Positions 18,861 through 28,138 of a stretch of DNA of 32,863 bases are shown here, one piece after another (the first letter of the stretch is position 1; every line of letters starts with the position of its first letter). The notes below the pieces were generated by a model. That model made no database searches. It was not told the origin of the DNA and saw only the letters and a program-made list of their open reading frames with translations. A program made the position numbers and the translations under genes. Source of the stretch: a virus (taxonomy: Duplodnaviria > Heunggongvirae > Uroviricota > Caudoviricetes); IMG/VR virus record IMGVR_UViG_2700989508_000029; one strand, 5' to 3'.

Positions 18861-20281
18861 TAATCACCCCATAGTGAAGAAAAGTTACTGCTGGCTGCTG
18901 GCTGTGATACCTGCTCAGATTGCGGCAATGTCTGCGACGAAGAAGAAGTTCCTCTGTCAACTGCTGAAATAACCCGCAAAGCATCATAAGCTCGACCAGA
19001 AGCAGCTTTCAGCGAATTGAACTGGTTTTCCATCTTCCGGCGCTTGGTATCAATGGTTTTTGTGGAGTCGCCAGGCTGAGGGAAATACATTTGATAATAT
19101 TTTGACATTTCAGCAGGTACGATGGCTGCCCCTGTTTCCTGACGGAGTATTGCCATTATTGCGTCATTAGCATTAACAACGTATTGCTGTTCTGTTGGGC
19201 TGAGCGTTAAGTTAGCCAGCGTCCCATTACCCAAAGCATTATTAATGATCGCCACTCGCTGTGGGCTAAGCTGGTCTTTCAGTGTATCTATTGAATCAAG
19301 AGCATCCCTAACCCTGTATGCAAATCCAGCAGCTTTTTTAGCCCCTTCTGGCGACTTTTCCATGATCTTTTGGGCTGTTGGCAAAGCTATTGGACGAAAC
19401 CCATCTCCAGATATTGGCTGGTTTAGTTTTCCCTGCTCTTCACTTCCGTCTGTGTAGTATTTTGTGACAGTGCCATCATCGTTTTCTCTAACACTCATTA
19501 ATTTTTTGGCGTTTGTATTAATTCCAGCCGCTGCCGCAAATGCCGCCGCCCCCTCTGGATCCGCCTTTAACATTTGAGCGTACTGATTGTAATTCTGCAT
19601 TGCTGCTGTTGGTGCATATGCTGACGTTAACGCATTTGCTCGGCTAATATCCTGCCCTCTCGCCTGAAGTGCTTCGCCAGCCTGATTGCTGCGGATTGTC
19701 TCTGCCAACTTGCCACGCTCAATATCCCGACCTTCCATTTGATCTTTGATATCGAAATACTTCTCATGACCGAGAGAAAACAGTGCCATACTACCAGCAA
19801 GCCGCTGGAACCCCTGTGGATCATTAACATGCATTTCGGCAACAGACTCAGGAGAAATTCCCAAGCGACGCATTTCATCTTCGTTATCTGCTATGAATTT
19901 TCCAAATGCCCCAGTTCCGAGCGAAGATGCGATTTGAGCACTAGTCGCAAGATGACCAATAGAATTTCTCTGGTCGTCATCAATAAAGCCCATCCCTTTC
20001 TGAACGCTTTCAAATTCTTCTGGATACTCAGAAATAAGACTGCGCATTTTGTTTCTGTCTCCAGACTCAAAAGCCCCGGCATATGCTTTCTGAAACTCTG
20101 CTTTACGCTGTTGTTGACGTGCCTGCTGATTAATCTCAGCAACGCCTCTTAGCCCCTGTAGCGCCATTAAACCTACGTTTGGCTGCTGCTGATACTGCAC
20201 AGGCTGAGGAACGGAAGAACGAGGAGCATTATCATTTTGCGGTGCCATGCTAGGCAGCCCGCCAAGTTGCCATGTCGCCAT
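18860..20281 (-). CDS. phage ejection protein, P22 gp20-like (473 aa)
   Basis: Start ATG overlaps the upstream TAA (TAATG); size matches gp20; Q/A-rich. Confidence 0.5.
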   Translation of the reverse strand: MATWQLGGLPSMAPQNDNAPRSSVPQPVQYQQQPNVGLMALQGLRGVAEINQQARQQQRKAEFQKAYAGAFESGDRNKMRSLISEYPEEFESVQKGMGFIDDDQRNSIGHLATSAQIASSLGTGAFGKFIADNEDEMRRLGISPESVAEMHVNDPQGFQRLAGSMALFSLGHEKYFDIKDQMEGRDIERGKLAETIRSNQAGEALQARGQDISRANALTSAYAPTAAMQNYNQYAQMLKADPEGAAAFAAAAGINTNAKKLMSVRENDDGTVTKYYTDGSEEQGKLNQPISGDGFRPIALPTAQKIMEKSPEGAKKAAGFAYRVRDALDSIDTLKDQLSPQRVAIINNALGNGTLANLTLSPTEQQYVVNANDAIMAILRQETGAAIVPAEMSKYYQMYFPQPGDSTKTIDTKRRKMENQFNSLKAASGRAYDALRVISAVDRGTSSSSQTLPQSEQVSQPAASSNFSSLWGD

Positions 20282-20958
20282 TAGAATCCAAGCCCCCCAA
20301 CAAGACCAATAAGCCCACCACCAATAGCGCCGGCCGCAGTTCCTATTCCAGGAACAACGGAACCAAGTTGCGCACCCGCTAAAGCGCCTGATGCTGCCCC
20401 ACCAATACCACGCGCAAGACTGGATGGCTGCTGCGCCTGACCTGCACGAATAGCGCCAAGCCCCTGCAAGAGTTGTCCGGTATTATTGGCGTAGTTTTGC
20501 CCTGCCGTTGCCTGCCCTGATGCCGCATTCATCCCGACATTTAGCAGGTTTCCATAATTTTGCATTTGCCCACTAAGCCAATTGTTATAAAGCATGGGCG
20601 CAATGGAAGATAACTGGTTACTGGTAGCTGTTGAGCCAAGCCCCCCGGTAGCTTCTGCTGAGACAAGGTTCTGATAACGGGCCTGATCTGCCTGTGTTTT
20701 ATATAAACCAGAACCAAAGAAATCATTCGCTGCTTTATTCTGCCCTTCCAGAGTCATCAGTCCTTGTAGTTGTTGTAAAGCAGGCAATCCGACTTCTGCA
20801 TACGGCTTGAGATTATTCATCACCGTATTCCACTGCTCGCGCTGCAAATCAATTGCCTGCTGCTGGGCCTTCGCCTGAGCTTTAGAGGCACCACCATCAC
20901 CGCCTTTTTCGTATACGGCACGATTGAGATGTTTATGAGCTATATGGGTAATTAACAT
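20281..20958 (-). CDS. phage ejection protein, P22 gp7-like (225 aa) with Gly-rich hydrophobic C-terminus
   Basis: C-terminal GIGGAASGALAGAQLGSVVPGIGTAAGAIGGGLIGLVGGLGF; size matches gp7; coupled to flanking genes. Confidence 0.5.
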   Translation of the reverse strand: MLITHIAHKHLNRAVYEKGGDGGASKAQAKAQQQAIDLQREQWNTVMNNLKPYAEVGLPALQQLQGLMTLEGQNKAANDFFGSGLYKTQADQARYQNLVSAEATGGLGSTATSNQLSSIAPMLYNNWLSGQMQNYGNLLNVGMNAASGQATAGQNYANNTGQLLQGLGAIRAGQAQQPSSLARGIGGAASGALAGAQLGSVVPGIGTAAGAIGGGLIGLVGGLGF

Positions 20959-21413
20959 TCGCTGAATTCCTTATATTGTTGCCGAGTTAACTGATAAAGC
21001 GTTACGCCGACGGGTTTACCACATCTGATATAAGCATCATCAAGGTGACCAACACGGGTAGCGCCAAGCAAACGGATAATTGCCCGTCCGTATTTCGTGG
21101 TGTCAGGAACCATAGTGATGCTGTTAAGGAATGGTGAGTTTTCGAGAAGCCATTTGCAGAATAATCGATGTCCTTGCAGTGCATATTCACCACGGAATCC
21201 GGGGTCGTACACCGCATGGCATTCAACAACGCTATGCCAGAAGCTACGCACTTCATGAACGCCAGCCAGCACCAATCCTTCGTAGATGCCGAGATATACC
21301 GCATCAGGCTTGATGTAGTACGTGTGCCCCGGCTCAACAATATTTTCGGTATTGCCTGGCTCGTTAAGAAAGGCCTGTAATCGCACAGGGTTATCAATAA
21401 ATTTTAGTTCCAT
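20952..21413 (-). CDS. gp14-like protein (153 aa), first gene of the ejection-protein operon
   Basis: Size and position analogous to P22 gene 14; 8-nt overlap with the next gene. Confidence 0.45.
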   Translation of the reverse strand: MELKFIDNPVRLQAFLNEPGNTENIVEPGHTYYIKPDAVYLGIYEGLVLAGVHEVRSFWHSVVECHAVYDPGFRGEYALQGHRLFCKWLLENSPFLNSITMVPDTTKYGRAIIRLLGATRVGHLDDAYIRCGKPVGVTLYQLTRQQYKEFSEC

Positions 21414-21429
21414 GCGATGCCATCCATTT

Positions 21430-21591
21430 TCACATACAGCCTGCCAGCGCCTTATCTATTAACCCTCGTGCAATTTCATGCAGAGTTGGCGCTACTCCAA
21501 TTCCTGATTTTTTACGCTGCTCTTCCTGAATTTTCTTTATCGCTTCCATTTGCTTCTCACTTATCAATACCGGCTTTACTGAAATAGCCAT
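21430..21591 (-). CDS. possible small DNA-binding protein (53 aa; MAISVKPVLISEKQMEAIKKIQEEQRKKSGIGVAPTLHEIARGLIDKALAGCM), absent from the ORF track
   Basis: My own translation; AGGGGG 4-5 nt upstream of the ATG; ends 17 nt before the gp14-like start. Confidence 0.3.
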   Translation of the reverse strand: MAISVKPVLISEKQMEAIKKIQEEQRKKSGIGVAPTLHEIARGLIDKALAGCM

Positions 21592-22036
21592 AACGCCCCC
21601 TTAGAACTGTATAAAACAACAGTTATTATAGTTTCACAAATCGCAATATTCATCATAGTAATTGCAAAATATGAAACAAATAGCACAAAAAAATGCCACC
21701 GCTCAGTAGCTGGTGGCATCGTTCTGTGTGTCAGGTTTTGACAGGTTTTTTATGGACTCTAAAAACTATATTTATGGTGTCGCATTACTCTTCACGGCAG
21801 GCGCTTTTCAGTTCTGCCCTTGCTTCTGGCTCCATTGGTAATTTGATTCGCGATCAGCTATGCGGATGGTTTGCTGAACAGGCATAACAACTTCTCAGAG
21901 GCTGTTTTTTGAACTGCGAAAATTTCGTAGTGCTCACTTTCAAAAACGTCACGCCCTTGTACACAGGATTTTACGAAAGTCTCGTAAAACACTCTCTGAT
22001 GCCAGCCAGGTGTTGTGCGCATCAATTCAGTCACAT

Positions 22037-22155
22037 TGTGTTGGTTCAAAATACCGTGTTGTTGGTTCAGTGTTGGTTCAATAAAAAGAATAAAATCCTT
22101 ATAAAACAATACACTTTACAAATTGAACCAACTGAACCAACTGAACCAACACCTT
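22037..22155. repeat. iteron module B (putative ori next to the primase gene): three GTTGGTTCA units, spacer, then three tandem inverted units
   Basis: Seen in sequence; mirror image of module A; lies 20 bp downstream of the primase stop. Confidence 0.7.
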
Positions 22156-22175
22156 TTCTACGCACATGAAGAAGC

Positions 22176-24935
22176 TCATTCTTCAGATGAGTTATAATCT
22201 CCTGGCTGGTAATTGAGTACATAAACGTTTATTTGTCGTCCCTGAATACGTGGTGATTTTCTTTGGTATCCACGACCGCTGTTTGGTGGGGTTAGCATCC
22301 CGGCTTTTTTCAACACTTCAGCAAACTGTTTTGCGTTGAAACCACATGCGATCTCCTTTTCAAATGTGGCCGGGAATGTGTAGAAAATCATTGGGCTTTC
22401 GTCATGTTCTCCACGCTGACGGTATCCGGCTAAATCTTTGATGGGCAAATCTGCCGGGCTGTATGGAAATGGTGCAAAACGGCTAAGCCCATAGGCATTA
22501 AGAAATGCCTCCGTTTGTTCAATAATCTGCTGATGCTCTTTGTTACCTGTGCCGAACTCGCGCAACCATGCGTTATAGCTGTGCTGTATCGCATCACGGC
22601 ATGTCTGAGCATCCCAGCCTGTTACAACCTCGCCTAACAACAATGCGGCCTCCATAATGGCAAATCGCGCGGCTACACGGTGAACCTGCTCACCATAATC
22701 GGATGGGATCAGGCTTCTCCATCTGCTTTCGCAATCACGAACGGTTTTAATAGCCTGTTGCTGGTGGTGTGCCAGCCATTTAATCCACTCACGCCCGGAC
22801 GCGCCGTGGTGATGCTGGTAAGCGTCTTTCAGTGCGTCTGCGTGCTGTTTTCCGTTCTGGTAATCGTGAAAGCGTACTGCTTTACTCAACGGAATATTCA
22901 GCAGTCGCACCAGTTGCCCGGCTTTGGTTTTTCGCCCGGAAGTAGCGATAAATGTTTCTAAATCCATTTCTCCGGTGCTGATTGCCACTGTACGCCAGCG
23001 TTTTAGATCCCGGTTTCCACCATCTTTAGCGCCTTGCAGTTTCCCTACACCGTTAAATAACGCATAGGCAGACTGTGAAACGCTGACAGGATCAGCGCCC
23101 TGACCAACTTCATCAAGCGGCATTAGTCCGTCATTGTGGGCGGCGGCCTCATTTGCCAGCCCCAGCGCGGTTCCGTACCACGTCAGCCGCAGTAAATCAG
23201 GGTTGCCGTATAAGCTGCTCGCCACGTTTGCCGTGGTGGTCTTACCTGCGCTCGACTGCTCATAGAAATGAATGCCGAACCCGTCAGCGCCCACCAGCCC
23301 AATCAATGGCGCTGCCAGTGCTGCGCCGATCCCGGTCATCATTGAATAGTTACCAAAGGCCAGACGCGCCACGTTATCACGCCAGCTTTTCGCGCTCCCT
23401 GAGACGGTATATCCGGCTGCGGCTGAGCTTCTCCCGCTGAACAGCACAGGATTTTCAGGTGTTCCGATGATTTCCCCATCAGGCATGATGTACGCTCCGC
23501 ATTGCCAGCCAGTGGCATGAGCAACACGCCACAATTCACGAGAGCCACTGCGTTGTAGCCAGTCTGCCAGTATTGCTCTGAGGCTGCTTTTGGTCGTGAC
23601 ATTTACCCCACCAGCTTTAAGTGTGCGCCATCCTTCACGTTCACCAATATCAGCCAGTGGAATGGCAGCGGTTGTCGGCGTTTCAGAACCAAACGACAGC
23701 CAGCGAAGAATGAGATACTGGTCTTTATCGTCTCTGCCAGTACCGATAACGCTTAACGGAGAACATAACCAGCTTTCGTTATTGATGATTTCTCCACTCT
23801 GGCTGTCAGCTCTCGGAGATACCCAATAAATACCATCCTCGCGGCTTTCTATTCTTGGTTTCAGTGGGTCGGTATCCATAACCTTAAAATCGCTTCCCTC
23901 AATGGTCTGTGGCTCCTGTTTCACGCCATTACCCTGTGGTTGGTACATTGACTTATTGAACGCTTCTGTGGCGCATTTAATGCCGTGTTTTTGGTGGTAA
24001 TCATTCCAGTCTGCTTTGTGATCTGTCGGGGGTAATGCCACCCATCCAGAAACAGATAAAGCTGCTTTTTCTGCTGCTATTCTCCCCGTGTTTTGTCTTC
24101 CTTCGCTGTGGTCGTTATCCGCAGCAATGATGATTTGTGCTGAAGGAAATTTATCCCGCAGTACCTGGGCGACATATAACAGGTTCCCGGCATCAATCGC
24201 CGCCACTGTCAGCGCCTCTGGACGAATTAAATGGGCAGATAATGCCGTTGCCAGACCTTCTGCGATTAAGATGCTCTGTGTTGTTTCTGGTGCGTTTATG
24301 GCGTGATATGCCCCCCGCTTTGCTGAACCTGTCAGGAGTCTTTTTTCACCATGTGAGGTAATAGTCTGTGCTGCTGTTACTGCGCCGGATTTATCCACCA
24401 GCGCCAGCAACAGAGATCCATCGGGCAACACGGGGAATGTAAAATCACCTACCCCTTTCGCAACCAGATAATCAGATTTGCCGTTTACAGCCTTTCTGCG
24501 CATGTCATCAAACTGACGGGAAAACGTATCCCGTCTTTGTTGTTCGTCCTTCTCTGCCCTTTTCAGGCGCTCCTGTTCGCGTCGCTGGCGCTCGGTTTCC
24601 AGTTGTTCCCGTTTCTGGCTGGTGGCTTCTGGTGTTTCCGTTGTCCGGTAATCAATACCCAGAACATCAGCGGCAAGAAGCGCCGCCTCTGTTGTGTCGC
24701 AGTTATTTACGCGTTTAATTAAATCCAGCCCATCACCAGCGCCGCACTGATTACAGATGAAGCTACCGCGCCCGTTGTCATCGAACCGGAATCGATCTTT
24801 GCCCCCACATGCAGGGCAGGGAGCATGACGGCGCGGAGAGTCAGGGACATTTATGTTCAGGCAGCCCAGCACATGAGGCCAGTTGTTTTCAGACGCACTG
24901 ATAACCTGACGGATAAGATCAATGTTTCGCATCAC
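22176..24935 (-). CDS. P4 alpha-like primase-helicase (zinc-ribbon + TOPRIM + Walker-A ATPase domain), 919 aa
   Basis: N-terminal Cys4 zinc ribbon (PCPACGG...FICNQCG); acidic TOPRIM-like segment (IIIAADNDHSEGRQNTG); Walker A (SSAGKTT); adjacent iterons. Confidence 0.85.
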   Translation of the reverse strand: MMRNIDLIRQVISASENNWPHVLGCLNINVPDSPRRHAPCPACGGKDRFRFDDNGRGSFICNQCGAGDGLDLIKRVNNCDTTEAALLAADVLGIDYRTTETPEATSQKREQLETERQRREQERLKRAEKDEQQRRDTFSRQFDDMRRKAVNGKSDYLVAKGVGDFTFPVLPDGSLLLALVDKSGAVTAAQTITSHGEKRLLTGSAKRGAYHAINAPETTQSILIAEGLATALSAHLIRPEALTVAAIDAGNLLYVAQVLRDKFPSAQIIIAADNDHSEGRQNTGRIAAEKAALSVSGWVALPPTDHKADWNDYHQKHGIKCATEAFNKSMYQPQGNGVKQEPQTIEGSDFKVMDTDPLKPRIESREDGIYWVSPRADSQSGEIINNESWLCSPLSVIGTGRDDKDQYLILRWLSFGSETPTTAAIPLADIGEREGWRTLKAGGVNVTTKSSLRAILADWLQRSGSRELWRVAHATGWQCGAYIMPDGEIIGTPENPVLFSGRSSAAAGYTVSGSAKSWRDNVARLAFGNYSMMTGIGAALAAPLIGLVGADGFGIHFYEQSSAGKTTTANVASSLYGNPDLLRLTWYGTALGLANEAAAHNDGLMPLDEVGQGADPVSVSQSAYALFNGVGKLQGAKDGGNRDLKRWRTVAISTGEMDLETFIATSGRKTKAGQLVRLLNIPLSKAVRFHDYQNGKQHADALKDAYQHHHGASGREWIKWLAHHQQQAIKTVRDCESRWRSLIPSDYGEQVHRVAARFAIMEAALLLGEVVTGWDAQTCRDAIQHSYNAWLREFGTGNKEHQQIIEQTEAFLNAYGLSRFAPFPYSPADLPIKDLAGYRQRGEHDESPMIFYTFPATFEKEIACGFNAKQFAEVLKKAGMLTPPNSGRGYQRKSPRIQGRQINVYVLNYQPGDYNSSEE

Positions 24936-25290
24936 CGTACCCCACGTGGTCTATAGCGTTTGCGATATGGCTAACCAGCATCTGCCACTTGGTTATTCCG
25001 TAATCAGTCAGCATGCCATCATTGTTTAGCCACATATCAAATTCAGCGGTTGTCGCAAGTTTCCACTTATCGCCGTGGACAGTCCTCATTGCTGGGTACA
25101 TGAATGCGCAAATCAGATCACAAACATCTGACGGCTTCAGAGATGTAGTAATGGTGCGTCCCTCTGGCGTCTGAATTGCCATTTTCTCTTCACCAGTAGA
25201 ATGAAGGTTATGAATCCACACAGCACCAGCAATCTTTGCCACCTGCTCTCCGATTGCGGAGCTAAGCGCCATTTCTGCATTTTCACGCAT
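24919..25290 (-). CDS. hypothetical early-region protein (123 aa)
   Basis: ORF in a translationally coupled series. Confidence 0.5.
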   Translation of the reverse strand: MRENAEMALSSAIGEQVAKIAGAVWIHNLHSTGEEKMAIQTPEGRTITTSLKPSDVCDLICAFMYPAMRTVHGDKWKLATTAEFDMWLNNDGMLTDYGITKWQMLVSHIANAIDHVGYGDAKH

Positions 25291-25624
25291 GAGAACCTCC
25301 CGCTACAGTTGCGCCCATGTCATTAACCATGCTTTGCCATATCTCACGCCCGACGTCAGTCAATCCGTCCTTAGTGACGCAACGCTCAAGAAGCTCGATC
25401 CCCACGGTTTCCCACTGCGGGTAGAACACTTTCATGGCTGCCAGTGTGTAGCTATCGATCAGGCTGCGAACGCCTTTTACTCCATTGACGATTTCCACAC
25501 GTACGGCCTCGCCGTCCGCATCAACCATGAAATAGTCCCCGCCGCTGGTGGAGGTAATGTGGTTATACAGTGCCGACGCATACTTATTTGCCAGCGCATT
25601 CAGTCGGAAATTTTTAGTAATCAT
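25283..25624 (-). CDS. hypothetical early-region protein (113 aa)
   Basis: ORF; 8-nt overlap with the downstream gene. Confidence 0.5.
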   Translation of the reverse strand: MITKNFRLNALANKYASALYNHITSTSGGDYFMVDADGEAVRVEIVNGVKGVRSLIDSYTLAAMKVFYPQWETVGIELLERCVTKDGLTDVGREIWQSMVNDMGATVAGGSHA

Positions 25625-25634
25625 GGCTCCATCC

Positions 25635-26237
25635 TCAGTGCGTCACTGGTTCCGCTGGCATGCCGTTTTCATTCAGTTCAGCTATAAAGCTGTTGTGAAG
25701 TTCAGCAAGCGTTTCACGACCAAATGGAGTCAGTGCTCCTTGTTCCACATCCATCATGGCTCTGTAGAAAATGATGGCGCGTTCTGTGCCAGACTCGATG
25801 CCAAAACGTTCTATCATCGCGCCCTCAATGTTGTTTGCCATAGCGAGGCGCTCTGCTACTGGATACAGCGGCATGGCGACGATGCCGTTGGAATAAACAG
25901 CCACTTCGGAAGGATTGCCAGTATCATCAATGATGCTGACAGTGCCGTTTTCCTCTCTCATTTCCAGCATGAATACTGTTGCGATCAGCCATCTCCACAT
26001 AATGACGTTATGCTGTGATGTGTAATCGAAATATCCCTGGTTGCCGCCATCGGCTATAGCGAGATGTATTGACATGCCTTCATCTGGTTTATCGTCATAA
26101 TCCCCGGCATCCAGACGATTTACGGCATCAATATATGAGACGGTCTCAACGCGTTCTGTCATGCCATCGTTGCTGCGGTGCATGATGTTTACGCCGTCAG
26201 GCGTTGCTTCTGCATGGAAAGTTAAGAAATTATTCAT
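25635..26237 (-). CDS. hypothetical protein (about 200 aa)
   Basis: Start moved to ATG 26237 (MNNFLTF...), which overlaps the stop of the upstream gene (CATGAATAA); the ORF-track N-terminal extension would overlap the upstream gene by 113 nt. Confidence 0.5.
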   Translation of the reverse strand: MNNFLTFHAEATPDGVNIMHRSNDGMTERVETVSYIDAVNRLDAGDYDDKPDEGMSIHLAIADGGNQGYFDYTSQHNVIMWRWLIATVFMLEMREENGTVSIIDDTGNPSEVAVYSNGIVAMPLYPVAERLAMANNIEGAMIERFGIESGTERAIIFYRAMMDVEQGALTPFGRETLAELHNSFIAELNENGMPAEPVTH

Positions 26238-26451
26238 GTTTCGCCTCGCCTGAATGATTCTGTAACTCATATTTGCCCAACAATTCGTCTGCTTCCTGAA
26301 TAGCTTCTGGTACGCCATTGAGCAGTGACATAACCGCGCCAATCATTAACTTGTCTCTGTTGCTGGGGCTGGCCCCTTCAAGCCAGAACCCTAAAACAGT
26401 CTGAACCTGTTCGATGCGACATTGCGCTTCAATGAGCTGGATGTTGGTCAT
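26230..26451 (-). CDS. hypothetical small protein (73 aa)
   Basis: ATGA-type coupling on both sides. Confidence 0.45.
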   Translation of the reverse strand: MTNIQLIEAQCRIEQVQTVLGFWLEGASPSNRDKLMIGAVMSLLNGVPEAIQEADELLGKYELQNHSGEAKHE

Positions 26452-26711
26452 TTCGCACTCTCCGCATCGATTAAACTGATATCTATCAGAGAGGTAACTT
26501 TTTGTAGCCAGCTAGTGATTACTGTCGCCCGTTCCCCTCCCACCGATGGAAGAATCTCATTCATCACATGAACCAGACCTGTGCGCGCTCTGGTAAGCCG
26601 TTCAGTCGTGCGATCTGCAAGAGTGAATGTGTCTGGATATGGCTCTTCACGGCTCAGCAATGATTCAATTCCCAGCTCACACGGATGACGATAAATTAAG
26701 TTGATATTCAT
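26448..26711 (-). CDS. hypothetical small protein (87 aa)
   Basis: ATGA-type coupling. Confidence 0.45.
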   Translation of the reverse strand: MNINLIYRHPCELGIESLLSREEPYPDTFTLADRTTERLTRARTGLVHVMNEILPSVGGERATVITSWLQKVTSLIDISLIDAESAK

Positions 26712-26902
26712 TTTTCACCCCCAAGAATTACCAGCTCTGCACGGGCATCGTTAACCAAAGATGAGCACGCTTTAATCGCATCCACGACATCAGTAGCGTC
26801 CATTTCTTCAGCCGAAAGACTGACAGCAACCAGGACAGCCGCTGCTTGCTCGATTAATTGAAGTGCGGACGTAAGGCGAGGGGTATTAATTGAGTTATTC
26901 AT
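26708..26902 (-). CDS. hypothetical small protein (64 aa)
   Basis: Coupled ORF. Confidence 0.45.
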   Translation of the reverse strand: MNNSINTPRLTSALQLIEQAAAVLVAVSLSAEEMDATDVVDAIKACSSLVNDARAELVILGGEK

Positions 26903-27113
26903 TGGTTTCCCCCGTTTTTACTGGCATTTCGCCACCTTCCAGCAGGAAATGAACGTCACGAACGGCGAGATCCAATATCGCGAGTAACGCCTTCAGTCTT
27001 TCGTCTCGTGAGGGAGAGTTGCTCACCAGAATGTCGTTAATCACTTCTGTCAGTGTGATGATCTGGCTTGTGCGTTCGAGGGGATCCATATGCACATCGT
27101 AGGTTTTAATCAT
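26895..27113 (-). CDS. hypothetical small protein (72 aa; MIKTYDVHMDPLER...)
   Basis: ATG at 27113 overlaps the stop of the upstream small gene (ATGATTAA); this is the C-terminal part of the 355-aa track ORF, which I split. Confidence 0.45.
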   Translation of the reverse strand: MIKTYDVHMDPLERTSQIITLTEVINDILVSNSPSRDERLKALLAILDLAVRDVHFLLEGGEMPVKTGETNE

Positions 27114-27300
27114 GTGCCACCTCCATGCGGATACGACCAGCAAAAAAGCAGACGTGATCGCGCACCAGAGAACGGCGAGCATCGCGTTCAGACTCGGCAG
27201 CAATATGATGAATTTTGGCGGTAATTGTCGGGCAATCGCGGCGAACTGCGGCGATAATCCAGATAAATTGCGGTTTTTGGGTAGGGGTAGTAGCCAGCAT
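27106..27300 (-). CDS. hypothetical small protein (about 64 aa; MLATTPTQKPQFIWIIAAVRRD...)
   Basis: ATG at 27300 with GGAGG 7 nt upstream; E. coli-preferred codons in this frame, against rare codons (cta, tta, cga, ccc) in the overlapping 355-aa frame. Confidence 0.4.
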   Translation of the reverse strand: MLATTPTQKPQFIWIIAAVRRDCPTITAKIHHIAAESERDARRSLVRDHVCFFAGRIRMEVAHD

Positions 27301-27324
27301 GTGGCAGCCTCCATTCGATAGCAT

Positions 27325-27962
27325 GTAACGCTACCACCGGAAACGCCAATTTCGCTGGTGGTAGCCCAGACAGGGTTGGCGTAACCGGCTCGAATGGATA
27401 CCGGCGCTTCCGAAGAAGCCCCTGCCTGAGCCACCATTGATTGACAAAGGCGCTGGATTATACACCAACGCCCAAAAAATGGGTGAGTCAGACCTACGAC
27501 ATAAAAAAAGACGCTCGGCGCGTCATATGTCGCCATTCGATTTACCAGGACGCCAATCCCGGCACCCGTTTTATGAGGTGCCTTATAACCATAAACCGTG
27601 TTGCCGCATAACGGCAAGCTCTTTTTTATGGACTCCGAAAACTCGCTATTGGAAGCACCAGATGCACAGTACATCGCGCTCATTTCGTTAACGTCACGCA
27701 CGTGGACGAATGTTTTTGTGGAGTCACTACACGAGCGGAAGACATCATCTACGACCAGAAATTTTCTGGCGCAGCCGCTGACCTTCTCAATGCTAATATC
27801 ATCGCCCGAGATTTCTGACATAGTTAAGGCATCCGCTCCTACCACCAGCAAATGATAAACTTTGCTTGTATCTGCTGTATTAATGCCTGACTTTGCTGTC
27901 ATATTGCTGGATTTTGGCGACATACCAGCCAGTGAAAATGTCTTCTTCTGGGCGGTTAGCAT
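27325..27962 (-). CDS. hypothetical protein, 3' end unresolved (possible frameshifted gene or pseudogene)
   Basis: ATG at 27962 overlaps the stop of the upstream gene (AAATGCTAA). The frame stays open to 26895, but downstream of ~27324 the codon usage favours the other frame. An A7/T7 homopolymer at 27503..27509 is a possible frameshift site. Confidence 0.3.
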
Positions 27963-28138
27963 TTGTTAACCTCCGCGAACTCCTTCATGAAACGTGCCAG
28001 CGGTTGTACGCATGGCGATTGATACCCGTCGCGATAAAACGTCACTCGGTTGTGAGACACGCTTTCGACAGTAACGAGTGCTCCGTGGGCATCTTTGTAG
28101 CGTTTTTGAGGTTGTGGTGTTCCTGTCGGCTTAAACAT
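27956..28138 (-). CDS. hypothetical small protein (60 aa; MFKPTGTPQPQKRYKDAHGALVTVES...)
   Basis: Start at the internal ATG 28138; the ORF-track extension would overlap the upstream gene. Confidence 0.45.
   Translation of the reverse strand: MFKPTGTPQPQKRYKDAHGALVTVESVSHNRVTFYRDGYQSPCVQPLARFMKEFAEVNKC

Noticed and set aside
16792-20152. Antisense or nested ORFs inside the ejection-protein genes (e.g. 16792..17010, 17968..18309, 19245..19457, 19627..19878, 19739..20152, 19891..20142)
   Set aside because: They are fully embedded in longer, translationally coupled genes on the opposite strand or in another frame; typical frame artefacts.
22430-24722. Small ORFs nested within the primase-helicase gene (22430..22612, 22680..22961, 23153..23440, 23339..23602, 23590..23829, 24088..24306, 24137..24361, 24537..24722)
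   Set aside because: Embedded in a 919-aa gene with clear domain signatures; no independent support.
26895-27962. Single 355-aa ORF from the six-frame track
   Set aside because: Its 3' third uses rare codons, whereas the alternative frame has E. coli-preferred codons, a GGAGG site and ATGATTAA coupling. I split it into small genes plus an upstream gene of unresolved end.
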